A stretch of 62,925 nt of DNA, taken from the NCBI GenBank assembly GCA_043747645.1, contig JAYTOT010000093.1:1-62925 (forward strand), written 5' to 3'. The notes under the pieces are model-generated. The model had not been told where the DNA came from. It worked only from the letters and a program-made list of their open reading frames with translations, and did not search any database. Below, in pieces: positions 8,797-18,011 of the stretch; the first letter of the stretch is position 1, and each line of letters begins with the position of its first letter. The translations under genes and the position numbers were made by a program. This stretch comes from Pseudomonadota bacterium (GTDB lineage Bacteria; Bdellovibrionota_B; Oligoflexia; Silvanigrellales; Silvanigrellaceae).

Positions 8797-10467
8797 ATGT
8801 TGTTTTCCAACGTAACTCGCCGCGGGCTCATTGCTGCGGCATCGGCTTTTGCATTTGCTGTTTCTGTTCCTGCATTTGCTGAGCAAAAAACTCAAGCAGA
8901 GCGCCGCGCCGCGCAAGAATTATTTTACAATCCTGCCGATGAACCTCCTAGTATGGACCCTACAAAACAAGCGGACTCAGTGAGTGCCACATGGTTGGGG
9001 CACATCTTTGAAGGCCTTATGGCTTACGATAAAGGCAATAACATAGTAACAGGCACAGCCGACAAAATGGCCGTGAGTGCCGATGGTAAAACATACACAT
9101 TTACCATTCGTAAAAATGCAAAATGGCACGATGGCAAGCCCGTAACTGCGCACGATTTTGAATTTGCATTTAAGCGCTTGGTAGACCCTACCTATGCAAG
9201 TGAATACGCTTTTATTGCCGAAACAGCGCAGATAGTGAATGCTTCCGAAATTATTGCTAAAAAAGCAGACAAAGAGACTCTTGGTGCTAAGGCGCTCAAC
9301 GACACCACATTTGAAATTAAGCTCAACAATCCTGTTGCTTTTTTTCCATCGATGATGGCGTTCAATACTTTTTACCCCATTCGTAAAGATTTAGTTGCAA
9401 AACACGGCGATAAGTTTGCAACTAATGTTGAAAGTCTCGTTGGCAATGGTCCTTTTAAATTGGTAAAATGGCAAAAAGAATCGAGTATGCGGCTCGAAAA
9501 AGCTGCTAATTACTGGAATGCCAAAGCCATTAAGCTCAATGCCATTGAAGCTCCTGTGATTATTAAAGACAACAATGCACAATACAATTTATACCGCACG
9601 GGCGGCCTCGATGTTGCTGGGTTAGATGTTGAACGCCTTAAAATTGCAACCAAAGACAAGCAACCCATAAAGTCGTTTGCAGAGGGTACAATATTCTTTT
9701 TAGAAACGAACTTGCGCGAAGGCAAAGTTTTTTCGAATAAAAAATTACGCCAAGCATTGTTGCTGGGTATTAATCGCAATGAATATGTGAATAAAATTTC
9801 TGCCATTCCTGGCGACAAGGCACCCTTTGGTGTAGTGCCTGACTTTATGCCTGGTTCGAAACCGGGGTCAACTTACCGCAAAGAAGCTCCGTTGGCTTGG
9901 AAAGACGGCGATGTGGCCGGAGCAAAAGCGCTGATTAAGGAATACCTTGCGGAAACAAAGCAAGCTAAAGTTCCGCCGTTTACAATTCTTGCGGGCGACA
10001 CGTCTGCAGCTAAAAAAGATGTCGACTATTTTCAAGCAACACTGGCTAAAATATTTGAAACTGAAGTGAACGTAGAAAGCGTACCATTTAAAACTCGTAT
10101 TCAAAGAATGCGCGATGCGCAGTTTGACCTCGTAGTTGCAGGTTGGGGCCCAGACTATATGGACGCCATGACTTACCTCGATTTGTTTTTGAAAGAAAAC
10201 GGAAACAACCACTCTGGTTTTGACAATGCAAAATACGGAGAAATCATTGGTAAAGCGCAAAAATCTGGCGATATGGCTGAGCGTGTGAAGTTGTTCCAAG
10301 AAGCAGAAAAAATTCTGGTTGAAGAAGTTCCTATGGTTCCATTTTATCAGCGCGCTCGTGCGTATATGACAGCCAATGGTTTGCAAGGCGTGCGCCGTTC
10401 GCAAATTGGTATGGACTACGACTTCCGTTTTGCTTCGTGGTCTAAAGACTCCGCGCAAAAGAAGTGA
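8797..10467 (+). CDS. oppA: oligopeptide ABC transporter periplasmic substrate-binding protein (SBP family 5), copy 1
   Basis: 556 aa with a signal peptide ending in AFA. Overall OppA/DppA architecture. The GGAGG RBS (8786-8790) lies 6 nt upstream of the ATG. Confidence 0.9.
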   Translation: MLFSNVTRRGLIAAASAFAFAVSVPAFAEQKTQAERRAAQELFYNPADEPPSMDPTKQADSVSATWLGHIFEGLMAYDKGNNIVTGTADKMAVSADGKTYTFTIRKNAKWHDGKPVTAHDFEFAFKRLVDPTYASEYAFIAETAQIVNASEIIAKKADKETLGAKALNDTTFEIKLNNPVAFFPSMMAFNTFYPIRKDLVAKHGDKFATNVESLVGNGPFKLVKWQKESSMRLEKAANYWNAKAIKLNAIEAPVIIKDNNAQYNLYRTGGLDVAGLDVERLKIATKDKQPIKSFAEGTIFFLETNLREGKVFSNKKLRQALLLGINRNEYVNKISAIPGDKAPFGVVPDFMPGSKPGSTYRKEAPLAWKDGDVAGAKALIKEYLAETKQAKVPPFTILAGDTSAAKKDVDYFQATLAKIFETEVNVESVPFKTRIQRMRDAQFDLVVAGWGPDYMDAMTYLDLFLKENGNNHSGFDNAKYGEIIGKAQKSGDMAERVKLFQEAEKILVEEVPMVPFYQRARAYMTANGLQGVRRSQIGMDYDFRFASWSKDSAQKK

Positions 10468-10504
10468 TTTCAAGTTAAGTCAGTCTATAATCCTGACTCC
10501 AAAT

Positions 10505-10545
10505 AAAAAAGCCGCGGCCTTAATGGTGCGCGGCCTTTTTATTTG
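10505..10545 (+). terminator. rho-independent terminator after oppA copy 1
   Basis: AAAAAA-GCCGCG-(12 nt loop)-CGCGGC-C-TTTTT. A-tract and T-tract flank a GC stem. Confidence 0.6.
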
Positions 10546-10656
10546 GAATGAGCCGGGAATTTTTAAATTAAATTTTTGCTCCGGTAGACTCCATTACTGC
10601 GATTTGTTAATGGTTAATTGGAATTGTTTGTGAATGTTAAATTGAGGAGGCCTTAA

Positions 10657-12327
10657 ATGCAGTTTTTGAATGTTTCTCGGCGCAGCGTTTTTTCGGTTGT
10701 GGCAGCTTTTAGCATTTGTGCAACGCAAGCAGCATTTGCAGCGAATAAAACTCAAGCAGAACGCCAGGCCGCGCAAGAAGTGTATTTTAATGGCATCGAA
10801 GAAGCTCCAAGTATGGATCCCACAAAACAAGTTGATGGACTCAGTTCCATTTGGTTGGGGCATATTTTTGAAGGCCTCATGATCCGAGATAAAGCTGGAA
10901 ATATTGTTGAAGGTGCTGCGGAAAAAATGGCCGTGAGTGCCGACGGTAAAACTTACACATTTACCATTCGTAAAAATGCAAAATGGCACGATGGCAAGCC
11001 CGTTACAGCGCACGATTTCGAATTTACTATGAAACGCTTGGCAGACCCCGCTTTTGCCAGTGAATATGCTTCGTTTATTGAAACGGCGCAAATTGAAAAC
11101 GGCTCCGAAATCATAGCTAAAAAAGCAGACAAAGAAACTCTTGGCGTTAAAGCAGTAAACGACAACACTTTAGTGATTAAACTTAAAAACCCAGTGGCGT
11201 TTTTTCCTTCGCTCATGTCGTTTCAGGTTTTTTACCCTGTGCGCAAAGACATGGTTGCAAAATACGGCGACAAATTTGCGACTAATATGGAAAGCTTAAT
11301 TGGCAATGGCCCTTTTAAGCTTGCCAAATGGCAAAAAGAAGCCAGCATGCGCATCGAAAAAGCTCCGCAATATTGGAATGCAAAAGCCATACAGCTCAAT
11401 GCGGTTGAGTCACCTGTTTACATTAAAGACAATAGTGCTGGTTACAGTTTATACCGCACTGGTGGCTACGATGTCGTTGGTCTCGATGCAGAACGCATTA
11501 AGTTAGCATCTAAAGATAAGCTTGCCATGAAAACATTTTCGGAAGGCACGGTGTTTTATTTTGAAACCAACGTGCGTGAAGGCAAATTGTTTTCTAATTT
11601 AAAATTGCGCAAAGCTTTGTTGCTTGGAATTAACCGCAACGAATACATCGCAAAAATTTCTGCCATTCCTGGCGATAAGGCTCTTTTTGCTTTTGTGCCC
11701 GATTTTATTCCCGGTGCATTGCCTGGCTCCACTTACCGCAAAGAATCGCCCCTAAGCTGGAAAGACGGCGACATTGTTGCAGCTAAAAAGTTGATAAGTG
11801 AATATTTGGCCGAAACCAAACAAGCTAAAGTGCCATCATTTTCTATACTGGCCGACGATGGCAGCGCTGGTAAAAAGTCGAGCGAGTATTTTCAGGCAAG
11901 TTTGTCGAAGTTGTTTGACACTGAGGTAAAAGTAGACAGCGTGCCTTTTAAAACGCGATTGCAAAAACAACGCGATGGGCAGTTTGATTTGGTGTCGAAA
12001 GGATGGGGCCCCGACTATATGGACCCCCTCACTTTTATGGATTTATTAATGAAAGAAAATCCTAATAATAACAGCGGTTATGCAAATGCAAAATACGACG
12101 AGCTCATGGTAAAGGCTCAAACCTCTGCGAGTATGGCTGAGCGTGTGAAGTTGTTTCAGGCTGCAGAGAAAATTCTTGTCGACGAAGCGCCCATTGCACC
12201 TTACTACCAACGCAGCAAGGTGTACTTGACTGCACCCGGTTTGCAAGGCGTGCGCCGCTCGCAAGCGGGATTGGACTATGATTTCCGCTACGCATCGTGG
12301 TCTAATGCTTCTGCCAAAAAGAAATAA
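10657..12327 (+). CDS. oppA: oligopeptide ABC transporter substrate-binding protein, copy 2 (tandem paralog)
   Basis: 556 aa, roughly 75-80% identical to copy 1 by eye, with its own signal peptide ending in AFA. AGGAGG RBS upstream. Confidence 0.9.
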   Translation: MQFLNVSRRSVFSVVAAFSICATQAAFAANKTQAERQAAQEVYFNGIEEAPSMDPTKQVDGLSSIWLGHIFEGLMIRDKAGNIVEGAAEKMAVSADGKTYTFTIRKNAKWHDGKPVTAHDFEFTMKRLADPAFASEYASFIETAQIENGSEIIAKKADKETLGVKAVNDNTLVIKLKNPVAFFPSLMSFQVFYPVRKDMVAKYGDKFATNMESLIGNGPFKLAKWQKEASMRIEKAPQYWNAKAIQLNAVESPVYIKDNSAGYSLYRTGGYDVVGLDAERIKLASKDKLAMKTFSEGTVFYFETNVREGKLFSNLKLRKALLLGINRNEYIAKISAIPGDKALFAFVPDFIPGALPGSTYRKESPLSWKDGDIVAAKKLISEYLAETKQAKVPSFSILADDGSAGKKSSEYFQASLSKLFDTEVKVDSVPFKTRLQKQRDGQFDLVSKGWGPDYMDPLTFMDLLMKENPNNNSGYANAKYDELMVKAQTSASMAERVKLFQAAEKILVDEAPIAPYYQRSKVYLTAPGLQGVRRSQAGLDYDFRYASWSNASAKKK

Positions 12328-12418
12328 TTTTTCTTTTAGTGCGTTAAATTGCAATTAAAAAGCAGTTTCGGCTTGTGAATTTTGCGATAAATATTTTTGT
12401 ATCAGTTTAAAATGACAC

Positions 12419-12460
12419 TCCAAAGTCCTTTAAGACACCGTCTTAAAGGACTTTGTTTTG
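12419..12460 (+). terminator. strong rho-independent terminator / attenuator between oppA2 and oppB
   Basis: Perfect 16-bp inverted repeat CAAAGTCCTTTAAGAC-ACC-GTCTTAAAGGACTTTG followed by TTTTG. Confidence 0.7.
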
Positions 12461-12594
12461 CTATTGACGCCGTGTGACGGAAATGGCACAACCCACAGGC
12501 GCGCGTATCCTTTTTTTAGTGTATCGCAGCCTAATTTTGTTTTTTTTTGGCATTCCCAGGGGAACTCCTTGGGCTTTTGTGAGGGATTAACCAC

Positions 12595-13548
12595 ATGAAA
12601 TACGCACGCTTTGTCTTTCAAAGACTGAGCATTTCGGTAATCACTATGCTGACTTTGTTTACCCTCACATTTTTTTTGATGCGTGCCGTACCCGGCGACC
12701 CCCTCTCGAAAACTAAAAATGTACCAGAGGCCGTAAGGCAAAATTTAATGGCGCGTTATGGCCTCGATAAGCCCGTTGCTCAGCAGTATTTAATACAAAT
12801 GAAACACATTTTTTTAGAGGCTGACTTTGGCACGAGTTTCAGAACCGTGGGCCGCGAAGTGAACGATATTATTAGAGATCAGTTTCCTGTGAGTGCCATG
12901 GTAGGCGGACTTTCTGTTACCATTGGAGTGTTTGTCGGACTCTGTTTGGGAATTTTAGCGGCTCTGTACCGCAATTCTTACATCGACCGCTTTGCCATGT
13001 TTATGTGTGTGCTTGGCATTGCATTGCCTTCTTTTTTGTTTGCCTATTTGTTTCAATTTGGAATAGCTGTTTACCCCCTCACGAGGCTGGGTTTTAACCC
13101 CGAAACCTGGGTGCGGCCCGCCGGATGGGGCGAAGCGCGCGATATTATTTTGCCGGCTTTTACTCTTTCTTTGGGCACCGTAGCTACCATTACGCGCATG
13201 ATGCGCGCTCAAATGGTTGAAGTGGGATTTTCGGAATACGTTAAAACTGCAAAGGCAAAGGGAGTTTCTACACTGCGTCTTGTTGTCTTGCATCAGGTTC
13301 GCAATGCTATTTTACCCATTGTTTCTATTTTAGGTCCACTGTTGGTGTTCTCTATGAGTGGTTCTATTGTTTTAGAAGGTATTTTTGGCTTGCCAGGCCT
13401 GGGGCAAGCTTATATGAGCTCCATTACGAATTCTGATTACAACGTCATTATGGGCCTCACAGTGTTCTTTGGCGGGTTCTTTATTTTGGTGAATTTGGCC
13501 ACTGATGTTTTGTATGGTTTCGTCGATCCCCGAATTGTTGTGACTTAA
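12595..13548 (+). CDS. oppB: oligopeptide ABC transporter permease OppB
   Basis: 317 aa with six predicted TM helices and an EAA-like region typical of OppB/DppB. Confidence 0.9.
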   Translation: MKYARFVFQRLSISVITMLTLFTLTFFLMRAVPGDPLSKTKNVPEAVRQNLMARYGLDKPVAQQYLIQMKHIFLEADFGTSFRTVGREVNDIIRDQFPVSAMVGGLSVTIGVFVGLCLGILAALYRNSYIDRFAMFMCVLGIALPSFLFAYLFQFGIAVYPLTRLGFNPETWVRPAGWGEARDIILPAFTLSLGTVATITRMMRAQMVEVGFSEYVKTAKAKGVSTLRLVVLHQVRNAILPIVSILGPLLVFSMSGSIVLEGIFGLPGLGQAYMSSITNSDYNVIMGLTVFFGGFFILVNLATDVLYGFVDPRIVVT

Positions 13549-13574
13549 AAATTGAACACACTGCGAGTTTTAAC

Positions 13575-15059
13575 ATGAGTCAATTGAATGCAAATGCTCC
13601 TTTTAAAGACCCTGAGCTCTCGGCGGAGTTGTTTAAATCGCTCCCCGCGTTAGGAGCGGAGTCTGAAAAAATAACCAGGCCCGTGCTCACCTATTGGCAA
13701 GACGCCATTAAGCGCATCAAGCGTAACCGTTTGGCTATGGTTTCGTTTTGGTGGATTGTGTTTATTGGTACCTCTGGTGTTGTGGGACCATGGTTTTTTC
13801 CAAAAACGCTTGGTGGAGAGTCTTTTGAAAACTCGCAAAATCACGATAATATCAATCAAGAACCCCATGGCGGCCATAAGGTTTTAGCCATGGACGACAA
13901 CTGGATGCCACCTGCAGAGCTCATTAAAGAAGGTTTTAATACCTCTGCTCCTCTTTTAAAGGGTGATGCTCTCGTTGCGCCCTCGGAACTCAAAGTAGAG
14001 GGCGTAGCAACAGTCAATGGTGTGACCTTGGTTTGGGAGCCTGTAGAAGGTGTTTCTGGCTACAAAATTTACCGCAATGTTACAACCGTTACAGATTCTT
14101 CGGAGCTTGATGCTGCAAAAGCGGAAGTTGACGCACGTGGTGTGCAAGTGGGAGTGGTAACCAATCCTGCTCAATACTCCCTCTCCGATGCTTCGGGCCT
14201 CGATGCCTCAGAAAAATATTTATATTCCATTGTTTCGTATGTAGATGATTCTGAATCTGGCGAACAAATTGCGAGTTCGATGGCTGCAGTAACCGCAACG
14301 GATATCAAAAAAAGCATTCGACTTTCTGAAGCGTTGAATATCAGTTCCGACGCTAAAACCGGCGAAATGGTTAAAACTCGCGCAAGTATTTTTGGTTCAG
14401 ACAACCTGGGCCGTGATATTTTTGCGCGCATGTTGGTGGGAACCAGGGTCGATTTCTTTTTGGCACTTTTTATACCGACTTTAACCTTAATCATTGGTAT
14501 TTTGTACGGCGCCACCTCGGGCCTTGTGGGCGGAAAACTCGATTTAGTGTTAATGCGCATTATTGAAATTCTCGATTCTATGCCCGAACTTTTGTTCCTG
14601 ATTTTATTTCAAGTTGTGCTTGGCAAAGGTGTTTGGAGTTTAGTTATTGCACTCTCTGCCTTTGGATGGACAGGCTATGCCCGCCTTTTGCGTGGCGAAG
14701 TTTTAAGACTGCGTGAAATTGAATTTGTGCATGCCTCTAAACTTTTAGGCGCAAATTTATTTCACCTCATTGTGCGCCACATTGCACCAAATTTATTGGG
14801 TCTGATTTTGGTGGTGTGGACCTCACAAATTCCTCGTATGATTACTGCTGAGGCGTTTTTGTCGCTCTTAGGTTTAGGATTAGAATCGCCCGCGGCTTCG
14901 TGGGGAACGGTTTTGCAAGATGCCGGCCAGCAATTTCAAAATCACCCTCTCCAATTCTTTTTACCTGCTTCCATTATGGCTTCGACTCTTTTAGCTTTCT
15001 TTTTGTTAGGCGACGCAATGCGCGATGCCTTCGACCCCAAGATGCGCGGCAGAGAGTGA
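13575..15059 (+). CDS. oppC: oligopeptide ABC transporter permease OppC with a large periplasmic insertion
   Basis: 494 aa against about 300 for typical OppC. The canonical OppC core starts near ...IFGSDNLGRDIFARMLVGTRV. About 190 extra residues sit between TM1 and the core, and include an Fn3-like segment VATVNGVTLVWEPVEGVSGYKIYRNV. Confidence 0.9.
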   Translation: MSQLNANAPFKDPELSAELFKSLPALGAESEKITRPVLTYWQDAIKRIKRNRLAMVSFWWIVFIGTSGVVGPWFFPKTLGGESFENSQNHDNINQEPHGGHKVLAMDDNWMPPAELIKEGFNTSAPLLKGDALVAPSELKVEGVATVNGVTLVWEPVEGVSGYKIYRNVTTVTDSSELDAAKAEVDARGVQVGVVTNPAQYSLSDASGLDASEKYLYSIVSYVDDSESGEQIASSMAAVTATDIKKSIRLSEALNISSDAKTGEMVKTRASIFGSDNLGRDIFARMLVGTRVDFFLALFIPTLTLIIGILYGATSGLVGGKLDLVLMRIIEILDSMPELLFLILFQVVLGKGVWSLVIALSAFGWTGYARLLRGEVLRLREIEFVHASKLLGANLFHLIVRHIAPNLLGLILVVWTSQIPRMITAEAFLSLLGLGLESPAASWGTVLQDAGQQFQNHPLQFFLPASIMASTLLAFFLLGDAMRDAFDPKMRGRE

Positions 15060-15066
15060 GAACAAT

Positions 15067-16206
15067 ATGGACTTGCAAAACAAAAGGCATCTCAGTTTGG
15101 TTTCAGAGGAAAATAACACAATGACTTCTTTGAATCGCATCGATCAGTTTGCAAATAAACCTGTGGTGCTTGAACTTAAAAATTTAGTGGTAAATTTTGA
15201 TGTTCATGGCGGACAAGTTTACGCAGTGCGCGATGTGTCGTTTAAAGTGCGGGCAGGCGAATGCCTTTGCATTGTGGGTGAATCGGGCTCTGGAAAATCT
15301 GTAACCGTGCAAGCCATGATGGGTTTGTTACCTTCGCCTCCTGCGCACATAATGGGCGGCCAAGCGTTGCTGGGCGAAGTCGATTTATTGAAGCAAAAAG
15401 GAAGTGAACGCCGTAAAGTTTTAGGCAAAGACATTGCCATGATTTTTCAAGACCCTCTGGCAAGTTTGAATCCGACCATGACAGTGGGCGAGCAAATAGA
15501 AGAAACTTTAAAATTACACACCGATTTAAATTCTAAAAAACGTACTGAACGCGTTATTGAAATGCTTGAATTAGTGCGTATTCCTGAGCCTCAGCGTCGT
15601 ATTAGTCAATACCCCCACGAACTTTCGGGCGGCATGCGCCAACGGGTGATGATTGCCATGGCTTTGGCTTGTAACCCTAAGGTTTTAATTGCAGACGAAC
15701 CTACAACGGCCCTCGATGTTACCATTCAGGCTCAAATTTTATCGCTCATCAAAGAATTAGCGCAACGCTTGCAGATGGCAACGGTGCTTATTACGCACGA
15801 TTTAGGTGTTGTGGCACAAATGGCCGACCGCGTTGCAGTTATGTACGCTGGAAAAATAGTCGAAGAAGGCCTTGTAGATGAAGTGTTTTATGAAACAAAA
15901 CACCCCTACACCTTGGGCTTAAAGCGCGCCATGCCCAAAGATTCTGGCTCAGGCTCTGAGCCTTTGCAGCCTATTCCGGGAACACCCCCTGATTTGTTTT
16001 CGCCGCCCCCTGGCTGTGCCTTTGCTGCGCGTTGCCCCAGTGCCATGGTCATTTGCCATTCGCACCAAAGCCGCGAAGTTAAAGTTGGAAATTCCAGGAC
16101 GACCTGTTGGTTGCATCACCCTTTGGCATCGTCAAACACAGCAGAAACCGGAGTCACGCTTTTGCGCCGTGAAGTCTCGGCAACGGAAGGAGTGAATCCT
16201 CGATGA
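15067..16206 (+). CDS. oppD: oligopeptide ABC transporter ATP-binding protein OppD
   Basis: Walker A GESGSGKS, signature LSGGMRQR, Walker [12 protein letters not shown] and an OppD-type C-terminal extension. ATG at 15067 chosen (M15 of the track ORF; its first 14 codons overlap oppC). Confidence 0.9.
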   Translation: MDLQNKRHLSLVSEENNTMTSLNRIDQFANKPVVLELKNLVVNFDVHGGQVYAVRDVSFKVRAGECLCIVGESGSGKSVTVQAMMGLLPSPPAHIMGGQALLGEVDLLKQKGSERRKVLGKDIAMIFQDPLASLNPTMTVGEQIEETLKLHTDLNSKKRTERVIEMLELVRIPEPQRRISQYPHELSGGMRQRVMIAMALACNPKVLIADEPTTALDVTIQAQILSLIKELAQRLQMATVLITHDLGVVAQMADRVAVMYAGKIVEEGLVDEVFYETKHPYTLGLKRAMPKDSGSGSEPLQPIPGTPPDLFSPPPGCAFAARCPSAMVICHSHQSREVKVGNSRTTCWLHHPLASSNTAETGVTLLRREVSATEGVNPR

Positions 16207-17168
16207 CCACCGCTATTCAACCACTTTTAAAAACGACCCATTTGAGCAAGCATTTTGATTTGGGCAAAGGCTCAAGTTTGTATGCTGTAGACGATGTTTC
16301 ACTCGATATTTTTGCTGGCGAAACTCTAGGTTTAGTTGGCGAATCGGGCTGTGGTAAATCTACCTTAGGCCGGGTGTTGGTGCGCATGTACGACCAAACT
16401 TCAGGTTCGTACCAGTTCAGAAACAAAGAACTCCCGCACAAGCTTTCTACTGCAGAACGTCGTTTGTTTTCGCGTGAAGCTCAAATGATTTTTCAAGACC
16501 CTTATTCTTCGCTGAACCCCCGTATGACCGTGGGCGACGTGATTTCGGAAGGCCCCGAAATTCACGGCATGTGGAAGGGCGCAGACCGCCAAAAGAAAAT
16601 CAACGAATGGCTCAACCGTGTAGGATTAGTTCCCGAACACGCTGCGCGTTTTCCGCACGAGTTTTCGGGTGGCCAAAGGCAGCGCATTGGCATTGCACGA
16701 GCTTTAGCACTTGAGCCTAAGTTTGTGGTTTGCGACGAACCTATTTCGGCACTCGATGTTTCGGTGCAGGCACAAGTTGTAACATTATTACAAAATTTAC
16801 AGCGCGAATTGGGCCTCACTTATTTGTTTATTGCGCACAGTCTTTCTATGGTGCGTTATATTTCTAATCGTATGGCTGTTATGTATTTGGGCAAAGTGGT
16901 TGAGTTGGGAGCTTCAGAGGAAGTTTATAGCAGACCGTTGCACCCTTACTCTGAGGCACTCATTGCTTCAAACCCTTTTCCAGACCCCATTGCAGAGCGA
17001 TCACGCGCCCACACTTTGTTGGCTGGCGAAATTACGAGCCCTGTAAATCCGAAGCCCGGATGTCGCTTTGCGGGTCGATGCCCCATTGTTACCGACCGCT
17101 GCCGCAGCGAAACTCCTCAATTGCGAGAAGTTCAGCCCGGCCGCATGGTTGCTTGCCACCTTCGTTGA
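16203..17168 (+). CDS. oppF: oligopeptide ABC transporter ATP-binding protein OppF
   Basis: Walker A GESGCGKST, signature FSGGQRQR, Walker B VVCDEP. Overlaps oppD by 4 nt. Confidence 0.9.
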   Translation: MTTAIQPLLKTTHLSKHFDLGKGSSLYAVDDVSLDIFAGETLGLVGESGCGKSTLGRVLVRMYDQTSGSYQFRNKELPHKLSTAERRLFSREAQMIFQDPYSSLNPRMTVGDVISEGPEIHGMWKGADRQKKINEWLNRVGLVPEHAARFPHEFSGGQRQRIGIARALALEPKFVVCDEPISALDVSVQAQVVTLLQNLQRELGLTYLFIAHSLSMVRYISNRMAVMYLGKVVELGASEEVYSRPLHPYSEALIASNPFPDPIAERSRAHTLLAGEITSPVNPKPGCRFAGRCPIVTDRCRSETPQLREVQPGRMVACHLR

Positions 17169-17241
17169 TGCTAGCCTGACCTTTTTGGCAATCGCAAGAT
17201 TGTTCAGTTGTTTTCAATGTTTCAGCGTGGGAGACCTTGCG

Positions 17242-17961
17242 GTGAATCCGAATTACGAAATTTTAGAACAAATTCTTAGACTCGATGTTGATGCCGGTGC
17301 CGCAACTATGGATTGGCGCTCTGCCCAAAAAGAGCTTGCTGAACTGGCTAAAAAGACCAAACAAAATGAGGATATCATTGCAAAAACACGCACTGACCTC
17401 ACATACCTGGAAGGTGAATTAAGGCGCCAATACCGCCGTGCCGACGAGCTCGACGAACGCAAAACAGAACGCTCTGCGCGTCTTTTTGCAGCAAAAAACG
17501 ACGACGAACACCGTGCCCTCAAGCGCGAAGTGGACAACCTCGATCGTGAAATGCGCGACTTGGGCCGCCGCGCCGAAGACACGGAAAGCAAAATTGAAGG
17601 CATGAAGGCCATCATGAACCGCGCAGAAACAGAATTGGCCGCTACGGTTACAGCTTCTGCTGATGAGCGTAAAAAGGCCGAAGACGCAGAGAAAAATTCT
17701 GCTGGTCGCCTTGGCGAAATTTCTGGCGTGCGCAATTCGTACATCAGCCGCCTCGACGACAGGTTGGCCCAACATTACGCACGGGTTGCAAAACTCACTC
17801 GTAATCCGAACGGACCAGTCACTCGGGTGAATTTAGGCGCATGTGGCAATTGCCATATGGGTCTTGCGCCGCAGCTTTTAAACAATATTGCTAAGGCAAA
17901 AGACATAGAATTCTGCCCCAGTTGCAATCATATCTTGTTGCCACTCACGCATCATTCTTAA
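17242..17961 (+). CDS. COG1579-type coiled-coil protein with C-terminal C4 zinc ribbon
   Basis: GTG at 17242 is preceded by GGGAGA. The N-terminus NPNYEILEQILRLD is followed by a long charged coiled coil and CGNCH...CPSCN at the C-terminus. The first 70 codons of the track ORF overlap oppF and are probably not translated. Confidence 0.55.
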   Translation: MNPNYEILEQILRLDVDAGAATMDWRSAQKELAELAKKTKQNEDIIAKTRTDLTYLEGELRRQYRRADELDERKTERSARLFAAKNDDEHRALKREVDNLDREMRDLGRRAEDTESKIEGMKAIMNRAETELAATVTASADERKKAEDAEKNSAGRLGEISGVRNSYISRLDDRLAQHYARVAKLTRNPNGPVTRVNLGACGNCHMGLAPQLLNNIAKAKDIEFCPSCNHILLPLTHHS

Positions 17962-17967
17962 ATCTGA

Positions 17968-18011
17968 CCCCAAGACCATTTTTAATTTGAAAATTGTCCT
18001 TGGGGTTTTTC
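17968..18011. terminator. candidate bidirectional terminator between convergent genes
   Basis: CCCCAAG...CTTGGGG inverted repeat followed by TTTTT. It lies between the zinc-ribbon gene (+) and the lipoprotein gene (-). Confidence 0.35.

Noticed and set aside
9868-11091. Long minus-strand ORFs (201 aa and 165 aa) inside and between the oppA genes
   Set aside because: They are antisense shadows of strongly supported OppA coding sequence. They are Cys/Phe-rich and low-complexity, with no RBS or domain.
15025-15066. Upstream extension of oppD (track start 15025) and the 17068 start of the zinc-ribbon ORF
   Set aside because: The extensions overlap the preceding genes and lack RBSs. Internal starts with Shine-Dalgarno-like sequences (15067 ATG, 17242 GTG) are more plausible.
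17253-17775. Minus-strand ORFs of 163 aa and 118 aa within the zinc-ribbon coiled-coil gene
   Set aside because: Arg/Ser-rich antisense translation of a charged coiled-coil gene. A typical shadow ORF.
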